From: Anaerohalosphaeraceae bacterium
GTDB taxonomy: Bacteria > Planctomycetota > Phycisphaerae > Sedimentisphaerales > Anaerohalosphaeraceae
Reading direction: 5' to 3'
Length of the DNA: 64,000 nt
Assembly (NCBI GenBank): GCA_963675525.2
Contig: CAXXSL010000011.1
Span: 64,001 to 128,000, forward strand
A model generated the notes under the pieces. It was not told the DNA's origin. It did no database searches and saw only the letters and a program-made list of their open reading frames with translations. The translations under genes were made by a program, and so were the position numbers. This document shows positions 37,927 to 45,988 of the stretch, in pieces. Numbering within the stretch: position 1 is the stretch's first letter; the number at the start of each line of letters is the position of its first letter.

Positions 37927-38790
37927 TTATACCGAACTTCCCTGGGTATTCAAGTCTATCCATAAATTGTCGATCAGGCGGGTCCGGCCGATATATACCG
38001 CCAGCAAAATGAGGGCTTTATGCTCGATCCGCTCCAGCGGGACAAGCGTTTCGGGGTCGACAATGCTGATATAGTCGATGCGACCTCGGGGCTGCTCAAG
38101 GATTTGCCTCATGCCTTCGATGAGGTTTCGGGGCTGTTTTTGTCCCGATGTGATCTGTTCTTTGCAATACGTCAATGCCTGATACAGACACAAAGCCTGC
38201 TTACGCTGATCGGGCGAGAGGTAGCGGTTGCGGCTGCTCATCGCCAGCCCATCGGCTTGGCGGACGGTCGGGCAGACCTTTATCTCCAGCGGCAGATTCA
38301 AATCGCTGACCATCCGCCGGATCACGACGGCCTGCTGGGCATCCTTTTGGCCGAAATAAGCCGCATCAGCCTGAACGATATTAAACAGTTTGTTACAAAC
38401 GGTGGTTACACCTTTGAAATGTCCGGGGCGGGTCGCACCGCAAAGCCCTTTGGTCAACCGTTCGGTCTCTACCCAGGTCAGTTGCTCGGCCGGATACATT
38501 TCTTCTGAAGACGGCGCAAAGACAAGACCGGCCCCAAGCTTTTCGCAATAGGCCGCATCGTCTTCAAGGTTTCGCGGGTATTGCTGGAAATCCTCGCCGG
38601 GACCGAACTGCGCGGGATTTACAAAAATGCTGACAACGACGAAATCGCATTCGGCAACCGCCGCTTCGATCAGTGAACCATGCCCGGCATGGAGCGCCCC
38701 CATCGTCGGGACAAAACCGATCCGGGCGTCCTGTTTCTTCATCGCGAGAATGCATTGTCTGACTTCATTGATTGTATGAACGATCTGCAT
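37927..38790 (-). CDS. panC: Pantoate--beta-alanine ligase
   Basis: PTMGALHAGH, RPGHFKGV, FGQKDAQQ, MSSRN, TRLIDN; start ATG 38790 (TAATG overlap). Confidence 0.96.
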   Translation of the reverse strand: MQIVHTINEVRQCILAMKKQDARIGFVPTMGALHAGHGSLIEAAVAECDFVVVSIFVNPAQFGPGEDFQQYPRNLEDDAAYCEKLGAGLVFAPSSEEMYPAEQLTWVETERLTKGLCGATRPGHFKGVTTVCNKLFNIVQADAAYFGQKDAQQAVVIRRMVSDLNLPLEIKVCPTVRQADGLAMSSRNRYLSPDQRKQALCLYQALTYCKEQITSGQKQPRNLIEGMRQILEQPRGRIDYISIVDPETLVPLERIEHKALILLAVYIGRTRLIDNLWIDLNTQGSSV

Positions 38791-39875
38791 TATTGTGTCT
38801 TTGCCAGATAAAATTGTACTTCCTCGGCGATCCGGTCGACCTGCTCGGCCGTTCGGCATTCGTCCGGGCCAATCCGCACCACCGGACAGAGGGCATAATC
38901 AGTATACAGGCTTTCGTAGCCGCGGGCAAGATGTTCCAGAAACGACCGTTCGATCCGCTGTTCATAGGGGCGGTTGCGAAGATGGATCCGCTCTATGCAC
39001 CCCTCGATGCTGTCGTGAAGATAAATCACCAGCATCGGATCGGCGACCCCGTCAAAAACGCTGTCGTAATGTTTCCGGTAGGCCTGCAGGTCGGTTTCGT
39101 TGAGCCAGTTCGATGCATAGATCAGGGCCTTGTCAAACACATAATCGCTGACATAGCGTTTAGCCGGCTTTAGCTGATTTTTGCGAAGCTGGGAAGCGCT
39201 GCTGGACAGGAAAAACAATTCCGAGTCGAACGCCAGTTCGGTGTGACCGGCATAAACATCGGCCAGATACGGATTTTCATCATACTTTTCCGTGATGAAT
39301 TTGGCATTCAACCGCTCGGCCAGTCCCGTCGCCAGTGTCGTTTTTCCGACGCCGATATTGCCGGCGATTGAAATCAACTGCGGTTTGTCGGAAGCCGTGT
39401 AGAAATTGTTCCCGTTTAGTCGCTCGTACAACTGATGCATTGGGCGGCCAAGCTGCGGATGAACGATATCGGCAGCCAACTCGCACATGCCTTTCAAAAC
39501 AAAGCTGCGCAGATGCATCTGCGCGTGCGGAATGATAAGCTTCGGCTCATCGACGATCAACTCACCATACAACAGCACATCCAGATCAATAGTACGCGGG
39601 CCCCAGTGCGCCTCGTGCTCGCGTCCCATGTCCTGCTCGATCAATTGCAGGGCGAGAAACAACCCGCGATACGACAATGACGTGCGGACCTCCGCAACCG
39701 CATTGAGAAAAGCAGGCTGGTCCTGCGGACCCAGCGGCAGGGTTTCGTAGAATGAGCTTGTTTTAATGACCGATATTTGAGGATGGGCTTGCAGACACGA
39801 TAATGCTGCGCAGAGATTATTCGTGCAATCTCCCGCGTTGCTGCCCAATCCGATATAGGCCGTCTGTTCCGTCAT
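38790..39875 (-). CDS. folK: HPPK (FolK) fused to a deoxynucleoside-kinase-family domain
   Basis: AYIGLGSN, WGPRTIDLD, PH..MHLRSFVL; then IAGNIGVGKTT P-loop and RNRPYE; GGAGG RBS before ATG 39875. Confidence 0.88.
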   Translation of the reverse strand: MTEQTAYIGLGSNAGDCTNNLCAALSCLQAHPQISVIKTSSFYETLPLGPQDQPAFLNAVAEVRTSLSYRGLFLALQLIEQDMGREHEAHWGPRTIDLDVLLYGELIVDEPKLIIPHAQMHLRSFVLKGMCELAADIVHPQLGRPMHQLYERLNGNNFYTASDKPQLISIAGNIGVGKTTLATGLAERLNAKFITEKYDENPYLADVYAGHTELAFDSELFFLSSSASQLRKNQLKPAKRYVSDYVFDKALIYASNWLNETDLQAYRKHYDSVFDGVADPMLVIYLHDSIEGCIERIHLRNRPYEQRIERSFLEHLARGYESLYTDYALCPVVRIGPDECRTAEQVDRIAEEVQFYLAKTQ

Positions 39876-39891
39876 CGCCTCCGCGTGGGCA

Positions 39892-39920
39892 TCCGACTTC
39901 GCTAAAGCTTCGCCGGACAA
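39892..39920. repeat. Short REP-like element, copy 2, between dapL and folK
   Basis: TCCGACTTCGCTAAAGCTTCGCCGGACAA. Confidence 0.6.
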
Positions 39921-39930
39921 ACCGCCCATC

Positions 39931-41163
39931 CTATCCTTTATATTTTGAAATGCGATCCATCGCTTCTTTAACCTTGTCGGGATTGTTGAAGGCGCTAAGC
40001 CTTACATAGCCTTCTCCGGCGGCACCGAAGCCGGCGCCCGGCGTACATACTACATTGGCTTTTTTCAACAGTGTATCAAAAAAAGTCCACGAGTCCACTC
40101 CGGCGGGAGTTTTGAGCCAGATATACGGGGCATGTTCGCCGCCGAATACCTGATAGCCCTGCGCAGCCAAAGCCGCACACATGGTATCGGCATTGGACAT
40201 ATACAGGTTAATCGTATCTTTGACCTGATTTTTGCCTTCGGGACTGTAAACCGCCGCGGCACCTTTTTGCGTGATATAGCTGACGCCGTTAAACTTCGTG
40301 CAGTGGCGGCGATTCCAGATTGGATGCAACTGGACGGCCTTTCCATCTTTCGCATAGGCAACCAATTCTTTCGGCACGACGGTAAAGCCGCAGCGAACAC
40401 CGGTAAAGCCGGCGGTTTTGGAAAAACTGCGAAATTCGATAGCGACTTTTCGAGCCCCTTCGATTTCGTAGATCGAATGCGGAATACTGTCGTCCCGGAT
40501 AAACGCCTCGTAAGCCGCATCAAAGAGAATGATCGCTTTGTTTTCTGTCGCGTAATCGACCCATTTTTTGAGCTGGTCCTTTGTCGCAACCGCACCGGTG
40601 GGATTGTTCGGGTAGCACAGATAAATCATGTCCACCGGTTCGGCGGGCAGTTCGGGGACAAAATTATTCTCCGCCGTGCAGGGCATATAAACGATTTTGG
40701 CGTAACGGCCCTTGCCGTCGTTTTCGCCCGTACGTCCGGCCATCACATTCGTGTCCACATAGACCGGGTAAACCGGGTCGGTGACCGCCACCACATTGCC
40801 CATCGCAAAGATTTCCTGCATGTTGCCGGTATCGCATTTGGCACCGTCACTGACAAATATCTCATCGGCCGCCACATCGGCGCCGCGCGATTTAAAATCA
40901 TTCTCGGCAATGATCTCACGCAAAAAAGCATAGCCCTGCTCAGGCCCGTAACCATGAAGCCCCGCATGCGTTCCCATTTCATCAACCGCTTTGTGCATCG
41001 CATCAACCACTGCCGGGGCCAGCGGTTCGGTGACGTCACCGATGCCCAATTTAATTATTTGAGCGTCGGGATTCGCCTGTGAAAAAGACGACACGCGCCT
41101 GCTGATTTCCGGGAACAAGTAACCGGCTTTTAATTTCGCAAAATTCTCATTGACTAAAATCAT
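39931..41163 (-). CDS. dapL: LL-diaminopimelate aminotransferase
   Basis: [45 protein letters not shown]. Confidence 0.96.
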   Translation of the reverse strand: MILVNENFAKLKAGYLFPEISRRVSSFSQANPDAQIIKLGIGDVTEPLAPAVVDAMHKAVDEMGTHAGLHGYGPEQGYAFLREIIAENDFKSRGADVAADEIFVSDGAKCDTGNMQEIFAMGNVVAVTDPVYPVYVDTNVMAGRTGENDGKGRYAKIVYMPCTAENNFVPELPAEPVDMIYLCYPNNPTGAVATKDQLKKWVDYATENKAIILFDAAYEAFIRDDSIPHSIYEIEGARKVAIEFRSFSKTAGFTGVRCGFTVVPKELVAYAKDGKAVQLHPIWNRRHCTKFNGVSYITQKGAAAVYSPEGKNQVKDTINLYMSNADTMCAALAAQGYQVFGGEHAPYIWLKTPAGVDSWTFFDTLLKKANVVCTPGAGFGAAGEGYVRLSAFNNPDKVKEAMDRISKYKG

Positions 41164-41193
41164 CGTTTTTTAATCCTATTAAATTCAACTACT

Positions 41194-44100
41194 CTACTTT
41201 TCATTCACTGATGTTGCATAAACCAGCCAAACCGGACCAATCAGGCCGCTCTCTTCGAGAGGTTCGGCCGGCTCAAACCAAAGGTCACGATATAACATCC
41301 AGCCAATACGCTTTTCAGGCAACACACCGGCATCACCCACTAAACGATTTTTCCATGTATTTGTGACTGCAATGTCAAGCTCATTTCGACCCGGTTGCAG
41401 AGCCTCAGTAACCTCAAGTCTATAAGGCGACTCCCAAAGAACACCTAAATCTTTCCCATTCAAGCAAACCCGGGCAATGTTTTCAACCCGGCTTAGAACC
41501 AAAAAAATCCTTTGTTCGTTTCGCTCGAATTCAGAGGCATTGGACTCTGAAAGACTCGGAACCTGAAAAACTGTTTTATACGTCGCCGTTCCCGAAAAGT
41601 GTTTGACGCCAAAATCCTCATGATGGCTCAGGGATTCCAGACGAGTCAGCTCAATTTGATTCGGTGCTCCGCGTCCCTTTTCAAATTCAACCTGCCACGG
41701 ACCGGATAATTCCATCTTCTCCGGCACCTTTTCAGCATTATAGTTCACCGTTTTACCCGATTCATAGTGTAATGTCCACAGTCCGGGAAAAAAAGCCCAA
41801 TATTTTCCATCTTCTACGAAAAATTCAGGCAAACCGCCCTCCATCGTTCGAGATGGTGTAATTTCCACAATCGAATCACTCTTGTCTGCGGAGCGGCGGA
41901 AAACGACAAATAACGATTGAGCCGGACTAAATATCATCGTCACAATTGTCCTGCCTTTTTCCCTGCGCCAAACCGCGGCGTCCTGTATAGTTCCCTTTGC
42001 CGCATCCCAAATCTCCGGCACACGTTTTTGGACTCGAAATGAGACTTCGACCTGCCCGGCCTGATGGTCCTGATTTGAAATAAAGTATATATCCGCGTTA
42101 TCCTTTTGCCGATGATTCCACGAGAAAGGAGGCGACTTATATCCCATTTCCTGCCGGTCAACGGGCGTCATATCCGCTCCGAGGAATATTACATCAGGCT
42201 CTATTTTCAGCTTTTTTAAAACCGGTTCTAAAAGTTGAGCATCAAGCACCGATTTCCATGAACAGGTCACGATATCCTGTACGTCTTTGTCGCAGGCCGG
42301 ATAATTCGTCAAACTCCATGAACGGTCGGGGCGTGCTCCAATAATCTGAATACCGGCTTTGGCCAACTCGCCGATTTTTTTTGCCGTTTGGGGTGTCATT
42401 CGGTCGCCGGAAGGTAAAACGAGCAATCTGTAACGCATGTCGCCGGGCAGCACAAGTTGTCCGTTTTCTGCGGACGCCAGATGCAGCGCATCTGGATTAA
42501 TCGAATCATAAGTATAACCGCAGGGCAGCGCCGGAGTCAATGTATCCGGAAGGAATGCCCGCGTGGGCACTTCTTCGCCGGTAAAATAACAGACATCGAC
42601 CACCGGCAGCCCCTGCTGCAAAAGACTCTGGCAGCGGGCAAGATAATCAAACCAGGCTTTTCCGGCCATGTGCCATGTTTGATGACCACTAAAAAAAGTA
42701 CCGACACTCGTCAGCGTCACACCCGGAACACGATCGAACGCCTGGTGCGGCCAAACATGAAGAACAAATCGATTGATGCCCAGTGCGAATTGATGATCCC
42801 CCAACGCCTTCAGCAAAAACGGGTGTTCGTTCCATTTCAATCTTAACTGTGTAAACGCCTCCGCCTGAACAATTTGTTTGCCGTAAATATGAGCACCGGA
42901 AACCGCATCCAGAATGTCATTCGGTTTATCATGCGAGGCGCTTTGAAACCAGAATTCTCCCATCGGATAATCAACGTAACGCTGATGCTGCAGCCCGTCC
43001 GACATCATCGTCGGGGCCATGCTTTCCGCACTAAGCCCGCAGTTTCTTTCGTGTGTCAGCCTGCTGAGAGGCTTATAGAAATTATCACACACAAGGTCGG
43101 CAATCGTCCGTCGAACATCATACAGAAAACGCTCCGAAAGCTCAGCCGACTCAACGGGGACTCCGGTCATCGCCGGAAGCCAGAGGAGCGGGTCATAGCC
43201 TCGGCGTTTTATAAACTGGTCACGAAACACAGGTGAGTAGTTCTGGCTGCCCGCCTCCCAGCTATCGGTATGATTCAGACAAAGGGTCTTTCCCGCAAAC
43301 TCGGGGCCCACTTGTTTGAGAGCCTCGCCAAACCATTTATCAAACTGAAGGCGGACCGCGTCGGGATTAAATTTATCACATTCCAGCCCGACTCCGTTTC
43401 CTGTGGGCGTATTTTTTATGCCGGTTGTCGTATATCCAATTCGCTGGATCTTCCATCGGCCCGGCCCCGGCGTCCATTGTAACATGCCATCAGAACTCAT
43501 TTGATTCGTGAGGTCGATTATCCGGTCACGTTTGATACACAGAACATCAGGGACTTGTGAATCAGTGGTCCAAGAGCTGCTTCGCCAGCGAAAACCCGCT
43601 TTGCCCTCCCATTGATGGATGCAGGGTGACGAACGAAGCTCGATATGTCCAATCTTCAGCTTTTGATGATAGAGCGGTTTAGCACCTTCAAGATTTTCAG
43701 AGCCTTCGGGGCTGTCAGCCGGGTCAAAAATGAAGCGAAAAAATCGCCCCGTTGCAGGTAGAATCGCATAACTGGCCTGCATCTTGTTTTCCTGCCAGCC
43801 GTGGCGCGACGGAGTCAATCGACCGAGGGAGTGGAAATTTTCGCCGTCTTGACTGACTTGAATCTCCATGCGGTGAAGCTGAAAACTCCGCAACTGACTG
43901 GGTGACAGGACGACTGACCGGCAGGTAAACGGCTCGGTGAACTCATATTGAATCCAGCATTTATTCGGTATTGTAACATGCGCATCGAGTCCTTTAACAA
44001 GCGGCTGCGGGTCAAAATCAGGAAGGTTCGTCGTTGCCTTAGGATTTAAAACGGTCGAGGTTACTTCTGCCTGGTCAGAAACAGGATAAGCAAAAACGGC

Positions 44101-44622
44101 GATATCGCGATAATAACCTTCCCGTGAAACGGGCTGTTCGATACGGTCTTCAAAGGGTTTACCCCCTTCAATGATTCGTGAGGTCCATACAAGTTCCTGC
44201 ATCGACAATTCCGGCGTAATCCACGGCCCGCCCGCCAAAGACCAGCCGTCACAGGCATTCATTGCAATTTTCAAATTCAGGCGAGCCGCTTCCTTCACAG
44301 CATATCGAACCGTGTCCCACCATTGCTCAGAAAGCGTTTCAACCGGTTGAGCAAGCGGGGTTGTTTTCGGGTCGGTCTTCCCAATCGTCATCAGATAGGC
44401 GCCGCCAATTCCACTACTTGCCATCGATTCCAGGTCGCGTGTAATGCCCTCGCGCGTAATATTACCATTCATCCAGTACCAATACACCCACGGTTTAGCA
44501 GAATCCGGCGGATTCAAAAATTCGTCTCGAAGCAAATCAGCAGGAAAAACAAGACATGAAAAAAGCAAGACAGCAATGAAAAAAAATTGAACTGTCGTCG
44601 CTTTCATTTCTTTTCTGTTCAT
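41194..44622 (-). CDS. Secreted glycoside hydrolase family 106 (alpha-L-rhamnosidase-like)
   Basis: FLNPPDSAKPWVYWYWMNGN, GWSLAGGPWI, TDSWEAG, PMGEFW, AEAFT, GINRFVLH. Confidence 0.88.
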   Translation of the reverse strand: MNRKEMKATTVQFFFIAVLLFSCLVFPADLLRDEFLNPPDSAKPWVYWYWMNGNITREGITRDLESMASSGIGGAYLMTIGKTDPKTTPLAQPVETLSEQWWDTVRYAVKEAARLNLKIAMNACDGWSLAGGPWITPELSMQELVWTSRIIEGGKPFEDRIEQPVSREGYYRDIAVFAYPVSDQAEVTSTVLNPKATTNLPDFDPQPLVKGLDAHVTIPNKCWIQYEFTEPFTCRSVVLSPSQLRSFQLHRMEIQVSQDGENFHSLGRLTPSRHGWQENKMQASYAILPATGRFFRFIFDPADSPEGSENLEGAKPLYHQKLKIGHIELRSSPCIHQWEGKAGFRWRSSSWTTDSQVPDVLCIKRDRIIDLTNQMSSDGMLQWTPGPGRWKIQRIGYTTTGIKNTPTGNGVGLECDKFNPDAVRLQFDKWFGEALKQVGPEFAGKTLCLNHTDSWEAGSQNYSPVFRDQFIKRRGYDPLLWLPAMTGVPVESAELSERFLYDVRRTIADLVCDNFYKPLSRLTHERNCGLSAESMAPTMMSDGLQHQRYVDYPMGEFWFQSASHDKPNDILDAVSGAHIYGKQIVQAEAFTQLRLKWNEHPFLLKALGDHQFALGINRFVLHVWPHQAFDRVPGVTLTSVGTFFSGHQTWHMAGKAWFDYLARCQSLLQQGLPVVDVCYFTGEEVPTRAFLPDTLTPALPCGYTYDSINPDALHLASAENGQLVLPGDMRYRLLVLPSGDRMTPQTAKKIGELAKAGIQIIGARPDRSWSLTNYPACDKDVQDIVTCSWKSVLDAQLLEPVLKKLKIEPDVIFLGADMTPVDRQEMGYKSPPFSWNHRQKDNADIYFISNQDHQAGQVEVSFRVQKRVPEIWDAAKGTIQDAAVWRREKGRTIVTMIFSPAQSLFVVFRRSADKSDSIVEITPSRTMEGGLPEFFVEDGKYWAFFPGLWTLHYESGKTVNYNAEKVPEKMELSGPWQVEFEKGRGAPNQIELTRLESLSHHEDFGVKHFSGTATYKTVFQVPSLSESNASEFERNEQRIFLVLSRVENIARVCLNGKDLGVLWESPYRLEVTEALQPGRNELDIAVTNTWKNRLVGDAGVLPEKRIGWMLYRDLWFEPAEPLEESGLIGPVWLVYATSVNEK

Positions 44623-44633
44623 TCGGCTTGTTT

Positions 44634-45434
44634 TTAAAAATTGTTGTTTACATAATTTACGGCATTCGTGAAAATCGTCATACCGTCGGCAAAACCTTCG
44701 CGGTCTTTGAGCCGGGTCCAGTGCGGGTGCTGTGTCCAGCGAACGCAGCGTTCCGGATGCGGCATCATGCCCATCGCCCGGCCGGTCGAATCCGTCAATG
44801 CCGCAATGGCATCCTGTGAGCCGTTGGGATTGATCGGGAAACCGCCTTCATTGCCATCGGCATCGACATAGCGAAACGCCACAAAACCATGCTGCTTCAT
44901 CTGATTGAGCGTTTCTTCGCTGTTGGCAACGATCTTGCCTTCGCCGTGAGCGATCGGCAGATAGATCCGCTTGCCCGGCTCCACAAACACGCAGCGGTCC
45001 GTTCCGGGCTGCAAATGCACCCAACGGTCTTCAAATTTGCCGCAATCATTATTGGTCAAGGTCACCGCCTGATCGGTCAATGACAGCTTGCCCGGTCCAT
45101 CAAGTCCCGGCACGATACCGGTTTTGATCATAACCTGAAAGCCGTTACAGATCCCCAGCACCAGTTTGCCGTCTTCGATAAACTTATGCAGAATATCGCT
45201 GAGGTGATGAACCACCTGATTGGCCAGGATCTTGCCCGCGGCCACGTCATCGCCGTAACTGAATCCGCCGGGGAAAACCATAACCTGGTAACCGTCCAGC
45301 ATCGCGGGGTCATCAATCACCCGGTTGATATGAACGCGTTCGGCTTCTGCGCCGGCCAGCTGCAGGGCATGTTCCGTTTCCATGTCACAGTTAATGCCTG
45401 CCGCTCGTAATACAATTGCTTTAACATTATCCAT
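44634..45434 (-). CDS. purQ: FGAM synthase glutamine amidotransferase subunit
   Basis: PGGFSYGD, LGICNGFQ, AHGEG, MMPHPER. Confidence 0.96.
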   Translation of the reverse strand: MDNVKAIVLRAAGINCDMETEHALQLAGAEAERVHINRVIDDPAMLDGYQVMVFPGGFSYGDDVAAGKILANQVVHHLSDILHKFIEDGKLVLGICNGFQVMIKTGIVPGLDGPGKLSLTDQAVTLTNNDCGKFEDRWVHLQPGTDRCVFVEPGKRIYLPIAHGEGKIVANSEETLNQMKQHGFVAFRYVDADGNEGGFPINPNGSQDAIAALTDSTGRAMGMMPHPERCVRWTQHPHWTRLKDREGFADGMTIFTNAVNYVNNNF

Positions 45435-45462
45435 CAATTAAATCCTTATCGCATAATATTTA

Positions 45463-45979
45463 ACCATGAAGTACATGAAGTTAATGAAGTTATTTTCTTA
45501 TATAATTTATAAAACAAAACTCTTTAAGCCGTTTTTCAATAGTGTTGCGTTAAAGTTTATCAGAAAACCTTGTTTGATATTGGCTAATTTCATATAAGAT
45601 AAAATCTGTGCGTCGTGAACTTTATTCAACTGTTCAACACTTTTCAGCTCAATTATTATTTCATCTTCCACTAATATGTCTATCCTGTAACCACAATCCA
45701 AATGACAACCCTTGTAATCAATCGGTAAAGGCTTTTCAATTTGAAAGTTAATTCCATTTAACCTTAGCTCATGGCACAGACACTGCTGGTAAGCAGATTC
45801 CAGTAATCCCGGCCCCAAGGCCTTATGCACCTCAATCGCACATCCAATGACCCTATTGGACAACTCGCTGAATTCCCTCTTTTTGCCCATCATTAAATCC
45901 CTGAACATTCAACAGAACCTCAAAGAACATGAAGAAAAATATATATAAAAAACTTCCTGTTCTTCATGCTCTTCATGGT
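45463..45979. mobile_element. Putative minimal mobile cassette: GxxExxY gene bounded by imperfect inverted repeats, inserted between purL and purQ
   Basis: ACCATGAAG-TACATGAAG-TTAATGAAG at 45463-45489 vs reverse complement of 45953-45979, ACCATGAAG-AGCATGAAG-AACAGGAAG (21/27 identical); AT-richer than flanks. Confidence 0.6.
45507..45893 (-). CDS. GxxExxY protein (PD-(D/E)XK nuclease superfamily)
   Basis: VHKALGPGLLESAY, YRIDILVE, IIELKSV, AQILSY, GFLINF. Confidence 0.93.
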   Translation of the reverse strand: MMGKKREFSELSNRVIGCAIEVHKALGPGLLESAYQQCLCHELRLNGINFQIEKPLPIDYKGCHLDCGYRIDILVEDEIIIELKSVEQLNKVHDAQILSYMKLANIKQGFLINFNATLLKNGLKSFVL

Positions 45980-45988
45980 AAAATACGA

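Noticed and set aside
40132..41082. 316-aa plus-strand ORF
   Set aside because: Antisense shadow of dapL
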